Below are positions 1 to 12,727 of a DNA stretch of 64,000 bases, piece after piece (position 1 is the first letter of the stretch; each line of letters starts with the position of its first letter). The DNA is taken from positions 832,001 through 896,000 of the forward strand of contig CAVVJT010000007.1 of the NCBI GenBank assembly GCA_963748625.1, given 5' to 3'. This stretch comes from an uncultured Chloroflexia bacterium (lineage in GTDB: Bacteria > Chloroflexota > Limnocylindria > Limnocylindrales > CSP1-4). The notes beneath the pieces were generated by a model. It ran no database searches, had not been told where the DNA came from, and saw nothing but the letters and a program-made list of their open reading frames with translations. The position numbers and the translations under genes were made by a program.

Positions 1-372
1 GCGCATGCGGACTACAAGGCAGCGGTCGTCGCAGCGGGTGCCAACAGCACGCGGATCACCGACGCGTTCAACAACTGTCCGTTGTGTGCGTCGGCGCCGC
101 GGGCGCGCGTCCTCGTCTCGGCGATCGACGCTGTGGAAGCGATCGACGTCGGCGTGGTCGGGACGATGCAGGGCGTCGACGGGGAGTTGCTACCCGTGCC
201 GCGCCGCTCCTGGGTGCCGCCAACGGAAGACGTGAGCGGACACATCGATGCCATGGCCATGTATGCGGGCGAATCCGTCGTCCTCGTCAACGACATCGTG
301 CCGGCCGCGCAGCTTGCGCGTTCGCTCGCCGAAGGCGCCGAGGGCCTGCTCAGGCAGGCGTGCCCGAGTTGA
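1..372 (+). CDS. Nitronate monooxygenase-family flavin oxidoreductase, C-terminal part (5' truncated by window)
   Basis: Frame 1 open from base 1 (AHADYKAAVVAA...); C-terminal 'AMYAGESVVLVNDIVPAAQLARSL' is typical of NMO/2-nitropropane dioxygenase family. Confidence 0.75.
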   Translation, partial: AHADYKAAVVAAGANSTRITDAFNNCPLCASAPRARVLVSAIDAVEAIDVGVVGTMQGVDGELLPVPRRSWVPPTEDVSGHIDAMAMYAGESVVLVNDIVPAAQLARSLAEGAEGLLRQACPS

Positions 373-849
373 CCTTCGGATCGCCGTCGGAAGTAGCGCC
401 GACCGGCCGCTCCTTGTTCTCTCTCGGCTCCGCTTCTGCTCGAGATCGCCCCGACGGGGCCGCAGCGGTTGATCGGCGCCGGCGCAAGGACCTCACGTCG
501 CCTCCCGGGCGAAACGCAACATCACAGCGGCGATCCACCCGTAGGCAAGCACGATGGCGACGCGTTGCAGCAGCCCCGCGCGCCGTCGAACCGGGTGCAC
601 GGCGGCGGATCCCCGGTTCCCGTCGTGCTAGCCCCTAGAGGAACCGTTGGCTCAGAGCCTGGACTGAGCCCCCGGCGCCGAGAGGGCATGGCCCAAACGG
701 CCGAATAGCCACTGCGGCCCGGCCCCCGCACGCTTGGGGGCATGACGGCGCGCTGGTCCGATCCACACCGGCTCCCGGGCCCCCCGGCCTGTTGCGACCC
801 CGGGTACGCCCGCGCCGTCACCCCCGCGGGGGGGCGAGGAATGCGAGAG

Positions 850-1548
850 CGAGCTCCACCTCGCTCATCGGGTCGGCAGGCAACGGCAAGGGCGTCGTGC
901 CCGAGGCCGTGATCGCCGCCTCGATCGCGCTCGATGCCCTGCTGCTGCGCGGCGACCTCGCCGAGCTTCGGGCCGCCGGGATCCGGTTCCGCTCCGGCAC
1001 CGAGAGCCGCGATCACCCGCGAGCTCCGGGCGATCCCGATCGATGCGCACCACCTCATCGACCACCACTACATCGCCGGGACGGCTCAAGCCCTCCTGCT
1101 GGCGGCCCTGGGCGGACGACCCGGCGGGCTTCCCGCAGGCCCGCTACCTCGCCGCCCTCGCACCAGCGCCGCCCGCTCCGGAGGAGACCGTGAACAGCTA
1201 CCCCGTGCCCAAGGTGCCCTCGGTCGCCACCGTGCCCGCGGGCACCTGGCTGTACGCGACGTCTGCGCTCGAACCCTCGCCCGACAACATCCGGTCGACC
1301 CGGGGCGCGACATGCCCTACCTCGGCCAGCCGGCGAGCACGGTCCGCATCGTCGAGTACGTCGATGCGAAGGGCGTCCACCAGGGTCGCGCGATGTTCGC
1401 GAAGGCGACCGAGGTCACCACCATCCGCCCGGCACCCGACCTCACGCCGTTCAGCCAGGCGCAGCTCGACGCTGCCGAGAAGCTCGCGGCCGCGGCGGTC
1501 AAGGCGGCCGCCGACCGCGCGGCCGCCGCGTACGGAGCGTGCACGTGA
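850..1548 (+). pseudogene. Frameshifted phage-like endolysin/amidase remnant
   Basis: Protein-like segments spread over three frames (VIAASIALDALL; LIDHHYIAG; KPSCWRPW; C-terminal helix); directly upstream of a holin-like ORF; start uncertain. Confidence 0.35.
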
Positions 1549-1736
1549 TGGATAGCCAGCCAGGCTCGATCTGGGGCCGCGAACCTGCGATGGTGCTCGC
1601 GCTTGTCCAGGCGGTCATCGCCCTGGTCGTCGCGTTCGGCCTCAGCCTCGCATCCGATCAGATCGGCGCGATCCTCGCCGTCACCGCGGTGATCCTCGGA
1701 CTCATCACGCGCAGCCGAGTGAGCCCGGCGTCGTGA
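1548..1736 (+). CDS. Holin-like small membrane protein
   Basis: 62 aa, two TM helices, 'REPAMVLALVQAVIALVVAFGL...LITRSRVSP' resembles actinophage-type holins; start overlaps upstream stop (TGATG). Confidence 0.6.
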   Translation: MDSQPGSIWGREPAMVLALVQAVIALVVAFGLSLASDQIGAILAVTAVILGLITRSRVSPAS

Positions 1737-1999
1737 GGGACGGGTACCTGCGCGGCTCGATCCCACGGACGCCGACGGCACGGCAGGTCGACGTCCTGGC
1801 CGCCTTCGTCGCCAGCGGCGGTTCCGTCGCGGATGCGGCCGCGCGGGTCGGCGTCCGGCCCAGCACCGCGAAGCGCCACCTCGCCGATCTGCGGGCCCGG
1901 TCGGGCCTCACGACCGAGCAACTGATCTACCGGGGGCGGGCGGAGGGGTGGCTGGTGGTCGCGAGCCTGGAACCAACGCTGGCCTTCGATCACCAGTGA
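1733..1999 (+). CDS. Small HTH (LuxR-like) DNA-binding protein
   Basis: 'TARQVDVL...SVADAAARVGVRPSTAKRHLADLRAR' HTH; GTGA overlap with holin. Confidence 0.65.
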   Translation: MRDGYLRGSIPRTPTARQVDVLAAFVASGGSVADAAARVGVRPSTAKRHLADLRARSGLTTEQLIYRGRAEGWLVVASLEPTLAFDHQ

Positions 2000-2060
2000 C
2001 GGCTCCTGCAGTCGTGATGCGCCGGGTCTGCTGTCGGCACCCTACGCCGGGCGCGGCCTG

Positions 2061-2510
2061 TCAGCCGCCGACGGGAGCCGGTTCGGGACGGCCGAACAGG
2101 CCGAGCTGCATCAGCAGACCCAGCTGATCCGGGACGCCCCAGTGCTCGACGATCCGTCCGTCCCGCAAGCGCACCTGGTCGAAGACCGTGATCTCCGCTC
2201 GCCGGCCGGTGGCTGACCGGCCGAAGATGCTGCCGGTGTTGAGGCCGCGGCCGGTCGCGCGAATCCAGACCTGGTCACCCTGGGCGACGAGGTCGTCGAT
2301 GGTCAGCTCGAAGTCGCTGAACCACTCATGCAGCGTACGGATGGTCTCCTTCGTCCCCTCGGCCCCGCCCTTGAGGCCCCGCTGGTGCTCGATCGAGTCG
2401 GACGCCACGAGCTCGTCGCAGACGTCGGCATTGCCGCGGGTGAAGCCTTCGTCGAAGAGGCGACGGACCGCCGCGACGTTCCGCTCGATGGTCTCCTGGT
2501 CGACGCTCAT
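2061..2510 (-). CDS. SnoaL-like ester cyclase
   Basis: 'NVAAVRRLFDE...FSDFELTIDDLVAQGDQV...DGRIVEHWGVPDQLGLLMQLG'; GGAG RBS. Confidence 0.85.
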   Translation of the reverse strand: MSVDQETIERNVAAVRRLFDEGFTRGNADVCDELVASDSIEHQRGLKGGAEGTKETIRTLHEWFSDFELTIDDLVAQGDQVWIRATGRGLNTGSIFGRSATGRRAEITVFDQVRLRDGRIVEHWGVPDQLGLLMQLGLFGRPEPAPVGG

Positions 2511-2557
2511 GGGACGCTCCTCCTGACGGCTCAATAGAGTTATGCTCTAATGACATA

Positions 2558-3217
2558 GTGTTGTACTCTATCGAGATGCGAGACGTCAAGAGCCCCGCCG
2601 GCAGCCTGCGGGCCGAGCAGGCAGCGGTCACGACGCGCCGGATCCTTGATGCGGCGCGCCGGCGGTTCGGCGATGCCGGCTATGCGGCCACGACGCTCCG
2701 CGAGATCGCGTCCGAGGCCGGCGTTGCGGTCCAGACGGTCTACGCGGTCTTCGGGTCGAAGGCCAACATCCTGCGCGCCCTGCGCGAGTCGGTCGTGACC
2801 GATCCGGCGGCGTCTGAGGCGTTCGCCGCCGCCCTCGCGGCCCAGGACCTTGACGAGGCCCTGGGCTCGTTCGCGCGGTCGATCCGTCTGCGCTGGGAGG
2901 CAGGACATGATGTCGTGATGATCAACATGAAGGCGGCGGCGGCGAATCCAGACATCCGTGCCGAGGTCGCGGCTGCGGAGGCGGCGCGGGGCGGCGGAAT
3001 CGCGCGCCTGTCGCAGCGCCTCAGCGAGCTCGATCGCGGGCTCGATCCTCGACGCGTCGAGGCGCTCCTCGATGCCCTGACGCTCACGGCGGTGTACGAG
3101 CAGCTCGTGGCGAACCACGGCTGGTCCTCGGACGACTACGAGTCCTGGCTCGCGGGTGCCCTCCGCAGGGACGTCCGGGCCTCGACGCAGGCCATCGACC
3201 AGGGGGTCCCGCGATGA
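2558..3217 (+). CDS. TetR/AcrR family regulator
   Basis: 'RILDAARRRF...TTLREIASEAGVAVQTVYAVFGSK' HTH; divergent from cyclase; start may be 2576. Confidence 0.9.
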   Translation: MLYSIEMRDVKSPAGSLRAEQAAVTTRRILDAARRRFGDAGYAATTLREIASEAGVAVQTVYAVFGSKANILRALRESVVTDPAASEAFAAALAAQDLDEALGSFARSIRLRWEAGHDVVMINMKAAAANPDIRAEVAAAEAARGGGIARLSQRLSELDRGLDPRRVEALLDALTLTAVYEQLVANHGWSSDDYESWLAGALRRDVRASTQAIDQGVPR

Positions 3218-3780
3218 CCACCACGCAGCCGCCCTCGGCATCGGGCGAGTCGCCTCCGACCGAACCGCGCCCGATCCGCCAGCCGTCCCCGCCGACCGGA
3301 ACGCTTCGCGCACTCCTGGGGCTGCCCGTCCACCTCTACCACGCGCATCTCGGTGGCCTCCTGGGCCACCGGTTCCTGCTGCTCGTCCACACGGGCCGCA
3401 AGTCGGGGCTGCCCCGCGAGACGGTCCTCGAGGTCGTGCGATACAACCCGGCCACCCGGGAGTCCGTCGTTGCCGCTGGCTGGGGCCGGAGGACCGGATG
3501 GCTCCACAACGTCGAGGCCGGGCTGGCCCACGAGGTTCGGACCGGCCGGCAGCGTTTCACGCCAGCCTGGCGCATCCTCCCGCCAGACGAGGCAGAACGG
3601 ATCTTCGCCGACTACGAGCGCCGCAACCGGCTCATCGCACCGATCATTCGGGCGGTATTGAGCCGTCTCCTGGGCTGGCGCTACGACGGCACGTCCGCCG
3701 CCCGTCGGCGGGCAGTCGAACAGCTCTCGCTCGTGGGCTTCCGACCGCAGCCCGATAGGGAACCTGCTCCCCAGGCCTAG
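3214..3780 (+). CDS. Deazaflavin (F420)-dependent nitroreductase-family oxidoreductase
   Basis: 'FLLLVHTGRKSGLPRETVLEV...WLHNVEA' motif; ATGA overlap with TetR. Confidence 0.85.
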   Translation: MTTTQPPSASGESPPTEPRPIRQPSPPTGTLRALLGLPVHLYHAHLGGLLGHRFLLLVHTGRKSGLPRETVLEVVRYNPATRESVVAAGWGRRTGWLHNVEAGLAHEVRTGRQRFTPAWRILPPDEAERIFADYERRNRLIAPIIRAVLSRLLGWRYDGTSAARRRAVEQLSLVGFRPQPDREPAPQA

Positions 3781-3878
3781 CACCCGAGGGTCCCGCCCGG
3801 CGCCGGACCGACCCGATCGCCGCAGAGTTGGGACGCGGCCTTCGGGGCTGGGGACCAGCCAATCTCGATTGGTCAGCC

Positions 3879-3900
3879 TGGTCGGGGCGAGAGGGCTTGA
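3879..3900 (-). repeat. att-like duplicate of tRNA-Pro(CGG) 3' end
   Basis: TGGTCGGGGCGAGAGG identical to 4701-4716, then GCTTGA vs ATTTGA (20/22). Confidence 0.75.
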
Positions 3901-3930
3901 CCCCGCAGAACCTACCTCATCGACTTGGGC

Positions 3931-4272
3931 TCAGCCGGAGGCGAGGAGTTCGTCCACCTCGCGACGCAGGTCCCCGAGCCGGGTGCCGACCATATCCCAC
4001 ACCAGCATGTCGTCGACGCCGGCGTAGCCGTGGATCAGGATGTTGCGGAACGCGATGATGCGCCGATGGTCGCTGATCCGGCCGGCGGTCTCCGGGTCGA
4101 CCTTCGCCAGCTGGCCGAGCGCCTCGCCGATGACCTCGAACTGGCGCTCGACCGCGGACCGCACCATCGCATCGGCGGCGTACGTGTCGTAGTCCAGGCC
4201 GGTGGTGAAGTCCGCGATCAGCGCGGCGGCCTGCCGCATGTCATAGAGGTAGGCCTTTGCCTCACGCGGCAT
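3931..4272 (-). CDS. HEPN (DUF86/HepT-like) RNase toxin
   Basis: 'SAVERQFEVIGEA...FRNILIHGY' with R-X4-H-X-Y motif. Confidence 0.9.
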   Translation of the reverse strand: MPREAKAYLYDMRQAAALIADFTTGLDYDTYAADAMVRSAVERQFEVIGEALGQLAKVDPETAGRISDHRRIIAFRNILIHGYAGVDDMLVWDMVGTRLGDLRREVDELLASG

Positions 4273-4570
4273 AGAGCAGCGTCCTTGTCCGCTCGATATC
4301 GGCCTTGATGTACGGGTTGCGGACGGCCGAGGAGGCCACGAGGTCAACCTGGCGGCCGAAGAGAGCCTCAAGCGCTTCGCGGAGGCCAAAGTAGGCGTCC
4401 GCGTACCCGCCCACCGGCAGCGCCTCGAACTCGACGAGCAGATCGACGTCGCTCCGTTCGGGATCGAAGTCCTCTCGGGCGGCCGACCCGAACACGAACA
4501 AGCTGTGCACGCGGTACCGTCGGCACAGATCCTCGAGTGCGGCACGGTGGTCGTCGATAAACGGGCTCAT
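4262..4570 (-). CDS. Minimal nucleotidyltransferase (MNT) antitoxin
   Basis: '[23 protein letters not shown]' GS...DxD motif; overlaps HEPN gene. Confidence 0.9.
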   Translation of the reverse strand: MSPFIDDHRAALEDLCRRYRVHSLFVFGSAAREDFDPERSDVDLLVEFEALPVGGYADAYFGLREALEALFGRQVDLVASSAVRNPYIKADIERTRTLLYAA

Positions 4571-4651
4571 GTCGGTGGCTCCTCGCTCGAAGAGTACCCG
4601 AGGCCGGATCCCACGACGACGGCTGGCGATGCGCGGCAGCGAGACACGAAG

Positions 4652-4678
4652 GAGCCCTCCTCGCCACGAGAAGGGCTC
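4652..4678 (-). terminator. Hairpin downstream of tRNA-Pro(CGG)
   Basis: GAGCCCT-CCTCG-CCA-CGAGA-AGGGCTC stem-loop, 22 nt past the CCA end; weak U tract. Confidence 0.5.
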
Positions 4679-4700
4679 TGGACCGGATGACAGCTGGATC

Positions 4701-4777
<77 letters not shown>

Positions 4778-4868
4778 ACCGAAAGTGCCCGCTGAGGGGC
4801 CGGGGAATGATAGCGCATGCTGCCTCGACCATCGAGCGGGCGGCCGGATGGCACCAACCTTGGCGCCC

Positions 4869-4936
4869 GGACGCGACCCGCCTAGGCCCCGGACGCGACC
4901 CGCCTGGTCCCCGGGCGCGACCCGCCTAGGCCCCGG
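4869..4936. repeat. Tandem repeat, ~23 bp x3
   Basis: GGACGCGACCCGCCTAGGCCCCG variants. Confidence 0.7.
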
Positions 4937-4947
4937 GCACCGGCACC

Positions 4948-5826
4948 CTACTGGGCCTCAGGTGCGACACAGGTCCAGCGCATCGTGAGCTCGAAGGTCG
5001 GCGGCCAGGGGTCGTTCGGGATCTCGAGGTTGACGTAGGTCAGTCCGGAGCCGCCATACGGGTCTGCGAAGCGGGTGCCCTGGATGCGCGCGCTGCCCGA
5101 CAGGCCCGTCTCGGTGAGCTCCATCACCCGGTAGTCATAGACCCCCAGGAATGAGAGCGGAGGCTCGGCGAGGGTGGCCCCGTCCGGCGCGGTGTACTCC
5201 AGGTAGGGGGCGGGCCGCTCCGGGACGTTCGGGGGCTCGAACGAGGGCCGGGGCTGGTCAGGCTGTGATGCGAGCGCGGGTGCTGGGGCGGCCCAGGTGT
5301 AGGTCTCGCCCGTTGCCACGTTCCGCAGGTCGAGCATCGGCACGCCATTGGCCCGCGGGTTGACGACTGCCACCGAGTCGGGGTCGCCGACGACCGGACG
5401 ACAGCTGACCGGCACGTCCACAGTCGAGCTGAGGGGCGGGCCAAACGCCAGCCGGACCGTGCCGCCGTAGGTGGGCGAACCACTTCCGGCAGCGACGGTT
5501 GCGGCGCCCACGGAGTAGGCGACCCAGCCCGCGACGAAGACCAGGCTCCAGCGCCACGGCGAAGGGCGGCCCCCCGAGTTCGGCGATTCGTCGGGACGGC
5601 GGCGGGCGGAGTAGACAAGGATGACGAGCGCGCCCGCGAGGGTCAGCACAGCCCCGATGCCCATGGACCAGCCGGGGGCCGGGCGCCCCAGGAACGGGTC
5701 GGCGAGACCCGCCAGCTGGTAGCGCATGTCGATCGTGGCCTGGTGGAAGGCGAACGCGCCAATGCCGAGGGCCACGAGCACGATCAGGACGTCTGCCCCG
5801 CTGACCCGGAGTCCGCGGTCCGCCAT
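4948..5826 (-). CDS. Hypothetical membrane protein (3 TM plus extracellular domain)
   Basis: ~292 aa ORF, hydrophobic N-terminal segments, plausible composition. Confidence 0.6.
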   Translation of the reverse strand: MADRGLRVSGADVLIVLVALGIGAFAFHQATIDMRYQLAGLADPFLGRPAPGWSMGIGAVLTLAGALVILVYSARRRPDESPNSGGRPSPWRWSLVFVAGWVAYSVGAATVAAGSGSPTYGGTVRLAFGPPLSSTVDVPVSCRPVVGDPDSVAVVNPRANGVPMLDLRNVATGETYTWAAPAPALASQPDQPRPSFEPPNVPERPAPYLEYTAPDGATLAEPPLSFLGVYDYRVMELTETGLSGSARIQGTRFADPYGGSGLTYVNLEIPNDPWPPTFELTMRWTCVAPEAQ

Positions 5827-5994
5827 CACCCCAATCCTCGATCCGTGGGTCGCCGATGCCTGCGCAGAATGCGCGCCAGGAGCACACGGCGACAGGGCCG
5901 GACGGATCGCCTCGCGTCACTCGATCGCCGCAAATCACTCGATCGCCTCGACCCCTTGACGCAATTCCGACCTATTCGCTAGGATATGCGCCAT

Positions 5995-6100
5995 CCGAAG
6001 GGGAGTACCCCTCCAAGCGCGTCGGCGTCAATACGATCCACTGGTTGTGGATCCGCCGTCGCCAGCCGGCCGAACTGTGCCGGCTGGGGAAGACCATCGG
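5995..6100 (+). ncRNA. yybP-ykoY (Mn2+) riboswitch
   Basis: AAGGGGAGTA...CGTCAATAC...AAGACC signature elements with internal hairpins, directly upstream of TerC. Confidence 0.85.
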
Positions 6101-6135
6101 GCTGTAGTTCGCACAGCCTGGAGGTCCGCGTCAAC

Positions 6136-7110
6136 TTGTCACCTGATCTCATCGCCCTGGTCGTGCTGGGTGCCGTCATCGTCGGCATGCTCGCGCTCGA
6201 CCTGTTCGTCTTCCACCGCAAGGCCCACGAGGTCTCGTTGCGTGAGGCCGCTGCCTGGAGCGTGGTCTGGATCACCCTCGGCCTGGCCTTCGGCGGGTTC
6301 GTCTGGCTGACCCGCGGGTCCACGGCGGGCGGCGAGTACCTCGCCGGCTACGTCATCGAGAAGTCGCTCTCGATGGACAACGTGTTCCTGTTCGCGATGC
6401 TGTTCACGTACTTCGCGGTCCCCTCGGTCTACCAGCACCGCGTGCTGTTCTGGGGCGTCGTTGGCGCGATCGTGTTCCGGGCGATCTTCATCCTCGCCGG
6501 GGCCGCGCTGCTGGAGTCGTTCCACTTCCTGATCTACGGGTTCGGCATCCTGCTGCTCCTGACGGGCATCAAGATGTGGCGCTCGACGGGCCACTCGGTG
6601 CACCCTGAGAAGAACCTCGTCCTGCGCCTGGTCCGGCGCGTGATCCCGATCACGCCCGACTACCACGGCCAGAGCTTCTTCGTCCGCCACAAGGGCGCGC
6701 TGATGGCGACCCCGCTGTTCGCGGTCCTGGTGGTGGTCGAGACGACAGACATCATGTTCGCGATCGACTCGATCCCCGCGATCTTCGCGATCACGACGGA
6801 CCCGTTCATCGTGCTCTCGTCGAACCTGTTCGCGATCCTGGGCCTGCGGGCGCTGTACTTCCTGCTGGCCGGGATGATCGGCCGGTTCGTGTACCTCAAG
6901 CAGGGCCTGGCGGCGCTGCTGGTGTTCGCCGGCGCCAAGATCCTGGTCGCCGACATCTACAAGATGCCGGTTGCAGTGTCGCTGGGCGTGATCATCGCGA
7001 TCCTGGCCGTGTCCATCGGCGCCTCGCTCTGGGCGACCCGTCGCTCCGGCGGCGGTGACGCGGCGTCCCCCATCGCGCCGCATGCCGAGGGTGCGGAGGG
7101 CGCCGCATGA
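6136..7110 (+). CDS. terC: TerC/Alx family metal-homeostasis membrane protein
   Basis: 'EKSLSMDNVFLF', 'ETTDIMFAIDSIPAIFAIT', 'SNLFAILGLRALYF'; TTG start after GGAGG. Confidence 0.93.
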   Translation: MSPDLIALVVLGAVIVGMLALDLFVFHRKAHEVSLREAAAWSVVWITLGLAFGGFVWLTRGSTAGGEYLAGYVIEKSLSMDNVFLFAMLFTYFAVPSVYQHRVLFWGVVGAIVFRAIFILAGAALLESFHFLIYGFGILLLLTGIKMWRSTGHSVHPEKNLVLRLVRRVIPITPDYHGQSFFVRHKGALMATPLFAVLVVVETTDIMFAIDSIPAIFAITTDPFIVLSSNLFAILGLRALYFLLAGMIGRFVYLKQGLAALLVFAGAKILVADIYKMPVAVSLGVIIAILAVSIGASLWATRRSGGGDAASPIAPHAEGAEGAA

Positions 7111-7211
7111 GCGGAAGCCCGATGAGCCCGGCCGCACGCGTGAACCGCGTCCTCCTGGTCCTGATCACCGCCGTCGTCGTCGTGTCGATGACGCTCGGTT
7201 CCGTCCTCTGA
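7107..7211 (+). CDS. Putative 34-aa single-TM small protein
   Basis: ATGA overlap with terC stop; MSGSPMSPAARVNRVLLVLITAVVVVSMTLGSVL. Confidence 0.4.
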   Translation: MSGSPMSPAARVNRVLLVLITAVVVVSMTLGSVL

Positions 7212-7252
7212 CCTCCCCCACTCCACCAACCAGCTTCGAAAGGAGCAGACCG

Positions 7253-7792
7253 ATGACCTCCAACATGGCCCTCCGCTGCCCCAAGTGCGCAGGCGAGATG
7301 GCCTCGTACGAACGCAGCGGCATCCACGTGGAGCAGTGCCGCGAGTGCCGCGGGATCTTCCTCGACCGCGGCGAGCTCGAGCGCCTCGTCGATGCCGAGG
7401 GCGGCGCCTGGGTCGGGCCCCAGCCCGGCGTGCCGGCCGGAGCGCGGCATGCTGCGCCCATGCCGGTGCCGCCGGCGGGCTACCCGATGCCGCATGCGGG
7501 CTATCCGGGACCACAGGCGGGCTATCCGGGACCACAGGCGGGCTATCCGGGACCACAGGCGGGCTATCCGGGACCACAGGCGGGCTATCCGGGACCACAG
7601 GCGGGGTATCCGGGACCACAGGCGGGGTATCCGGGACCACAGGCGGGGTATCCGCCGCAGCCCCGCTCGGACTGGGACTCCGACGACGACGACCGTGACG
7701 ATCGCCGGGGGTTCGATCCTCGTAGCTCGTCCGGGCGACCGTCAAAGAAGCGGTCACTCTTCAGCGACCTGCTCGAGGGTCTCGGCGACTGA
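7253..7792 (+). CDS. zf-TFIIB domain protein with GYPGPQA repeats
   Basis: 'CPKC...CRECRGIFLDRGELERL'; AGGAG RBS; C-terminal 'KKRSLFSDLL'. Confidence 0.85.
   Translation: MTSNMALRCPKCAGEMASYERSGIHVEQCRECRGIFLDRGELERLVDAEGGAWVGPQPGVPAGARHAAPMPVPPAGYPMPHAGYPGPQAGYPGPQAGYPGPQAGYPGPQAGYPGPQAGYPGPQAGYPGPQAGYPPQPRSDWDSDDDDRDDRRGFDPRSSSGRPSKKRSLFSDLLEGLGD
7496..7654. repeat. 21-bp coding tandem repeat x7.5
   Basis: GCGGG(C/G)TATCCGGGACCACAG. Confidence 0.95.
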
Positions 7793-7929
7793 GGGCCGCC
7801 GTCCGCGGACGGCCCCTGTACCAGAGGGGCGGCGCCTCCCGCCCGGTCCTGACCCTGACGGGCGCACCGGGGGCCGGCACCGCCCCTCCCATTTCTTCTC
7901 GGATCCACCTCCCGCTCGGAGCACCTGCC

Positions 7930-9147
7930 ATGCTGAATGACAGCCTTCGCCTTGGGCGCCTCCGGGGCATCTCCATCGGGGTGCACTGGAGCGTGGTCTT
8001 CATCGGCGGGCTCCTCGCGTGGGGCCTCGCGACCCGCATCCTTCCCGGCGCGGCACCTGGTCAGCCGTCGGCCGCCTACTGGACCTCCGGCATCCTCGTC
8101 GCGGTCATGTTCTTCGCATCCCTCCTCGCGCACGAGCTCGCCCACGCGTACTTCGCCGTTCGGGCCGGCGTCCGCGTCGAGGGCATCACCCTGTGGCTCC
8201 TCGGGGGCGTGGCCAAGCTCGACGGGAATGCCCCGACGCCGGGGCACGATCTCCGGATCGCCGCCTCCGGGCCGCTCGTGAGCGGTGCGCTCGGCGTGGC
8301 GTTCGCCGGCGTGGCCGTGGGGCTCGCGGCCGGCGGAGCGGCGCCGCTCATCGCCGAGGCCGCCGCGTGGCTCGCGCGCGTCAACCTGGTGCTCGCGGTC
8401 TTCAACCTGCTGCCCGGCGCCCCGCTCGACGGGGGCCGCATCGTGCGGGCGGTCGCGTGGCGCCTCGGCCGGGACCGGCTCCGGGCCTCGCTCCTCGCGA
8501 CTCGGCTGGGTCGGCTGCTCGGCTTCGGCCTGGTTGCCTTCGGCATGGTCGAGCTCATCGTGGGGGCAGATCTCGGCGGGATCTGGACGATCGTGATCGG
8601 CCTGTTCCTGACCGGAGCGGCGGCCGCGGAGCGCGATCACGAGGTGACCCGGAACGCGCTCGACGGGCTCCTCGTGCGCGACGTCATTGGGCCGCCGCCC
8701 GTCCGCGTCCCGGCCGGGTTCACCGTGGACCTGTTCGCCGACTCCGTCCTGGCGGGAAAGGGCCAGACCGCCGCCCTCGCCGTCGAGGCGGGTGGCGAGG
8801 TGCTTGGCGTCGCCGGCCTTGCCGAGGCCTCTGCCCTGCGAGGCGCGCGGCGGCGCGAAGCGCGCGTCCGGGACATCACGGTGCCGCTGTCCTCGGTGCC
8901 GGTGGTGGACCGCGACGAGCCGCTCCTCCCGGCGCTCGAGCGAGCGGCGGGCGCGGCGGCTTCGGGCGCGGCCGCTTCGAGCGCGGCCCGGCGCGAGCCC
9001 GCCGGGAACTACCTCCTTGTGATGGCCGAGGGCGAGGTCGTCGCGCTGGTGTCACCTGCCGACGTTGCCCGGACCGTGGCTGCTCGTGGTGCGTCATTGA
9101 CGGCTGCAGCGACCGGGACGCCGGCGGAGAGGACCGCGGGCCGGTAG
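7930..9147 (+). CDS. Site-2 protease (M50) with CBS-like C-terminus
   Basis: HELAH zinc motif and 'FNLLPGAPLDGG'. Confidence 0.9.
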   Translation: MLNDSLRLGRLRGISIGVHWSVVFIGGLLAWGLATRILPGAAPGQPSAAYWTSGILVAVMFFASLLAHELAHAYFAVRAGVRVEGITLWLLGGVAKLDGNAPTPGHDLRIAASGPLVSGALGVAFAGVAVGLAAGGAAPLIAEAAAWLARVNLVLAVFNLLPGAPLDGGRIVRAVAWRLGRDRLRASLLATRLGRLLGFGLVAFGMVELIVGADLGGIWTIVIGLFLTGAAAAERDHEVTRNALDGLLVRDVIGPPPVRVPAGFTVDLFADSVLAGKGQTAALAVEAGGEVLGVAGLAEASALRGARRREARVRDITVPLSSVPVVDRDEPLLPALERAAGAAASGAAASSAARREPAGNYLLVMAEGEVVALVSPADVARTVAARGASLTAAATGTPAERTAGR

Positions 9148-9357
9148 CCCAGGGCTCACCGGGAGGTGGAGCGCGGCGCGTTCCCGCCACTCCTCTCCGA
9201 CCACTCCTCTCCGGCCACAACGACCCGCTGGTCCCCCGGCGGGTCGTGGCACCTCACCTGCTGAAGGCGTCGATCTGGGACCGGCAGTACGATCCGACCC
9301 GTTCGGCACAGAGACCGGCAGCCGCCGCTCGCCGACACCAGGGGATAGCCCTCCGCC

Positions 9358-10253
9358 ATGTCCGACCTTCACGGCCGCCGTTCGCGGCTCGCCGGCGTCG
9401 CCGCACTCGCGATCGCGAGCTCCCTGGCGCTGGGCGCCTGCAATGGCGAGATCGAGCTGCCGTCATTCGAGCTGCCGTCGTTCGAGCTTCCGTCCATCGG
9501 GCTGCCGTCGTTCGAGCTTCCGTCGGAGAAGCCGACCAAGCCGCCGAAGCCCACGAAGCCGCCGAAGCCGACGTCGGCCCCGACCGAGGAGCCCACGCCG
9601 GAGCCCACCCCCGAGCCGACGCCGGAGCCCACCCCCGAGCCGACGCCGGAGGCCACCCCCGAGCCGACGCCGGAGCCCACCCCCGAGCCGACGCCGGAGC
9701 CCACCCCGAGCCGACGCCGACTGCCAACCCGACGCCCGTCGTGACGCCGTCTCCAAAACCGGAAGCCACCGCCTCGCCCAGTCCGTCGCCCAGTCCGAGC
9801 CCGTCGCCGAGCACGACCTCAGAGCCCACGCAGAGCCCGGAGCCGACCGCTGAACCCAGCCCCGAGCCGAGTCCATCGCCGACCGGCCCGTATGGCCCCG
9901 GCGCCGGCGTCGATCTCCCGCCGCAGATGCTGTTCCTCCTGGGCGTGGTCGGTGTGGGCCTGCTCATCCTGCTGTGGCTGCGGCTGCGCGCAGGCCCGAC
10001 TCCACCGCCTGACGGCGGCCAGGAAGGCACCGGTGATCCGCCCGCTGGCGCTCCGGGCGACGGGCCGACGGCACCGCCCCCGCCACCGGTTCCGCCCGTG
10101 CCCCCGGCGACCGTGCAGGTGTTCCCGGTGCCGCCGCCTCAGGACGATGCGCCCACGACCGCGATCGAGCCCGTCGGCGAGCCCGTCGGCAATCCCGCCG
10201 ACCCCGATGATCTCGGGTCGCTGGTCGATCGCCGCGACAACGCGGACCGCTGA
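9358..10253 (+). CDS. Pro-rich (PEPT) lipoprotein with C-terminal TM; frameshift near 9705
   Basis: Lipobox LGAC; PEPT repeats continue in another frame to a TM helix '[18 protein letters not shown]'. Confidence 0.6.
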
Positions 10254-10322
10254 CCGCTGACCGCCCTCGAATCGAAAGACCCGCCGGTCGCCCGGCGGGC
10301 CTCCGTTCCCCCCTGCTGAGGA

Positions 10323-12470
<2,148 letters not shown>

Positions 12471-12727
12471 GGGTCTCCTGCCGGGCTGCTGAAGGGGCGA
12501 GGGTGAATGATTGCGGGGTTGGTGTCAGAAGGCATCCAGGTAGCGGTTGAGTTCCCTTCCGGTGACCTGGGCGCGGTCATCGTCCAACTCCGGCCGCTTG
12601 GCCGCGACGTAGTTGGACAGGACGTGGTCGCCGAGCTCCAGGTCGTCCAGGGCCGGACCCGGGCCCGCAGGACGCGCACCCAGCTGATGCCCGGAGTGGC
12701 ATCAGTGGCAGGGGCGTCCGCCCCGAC

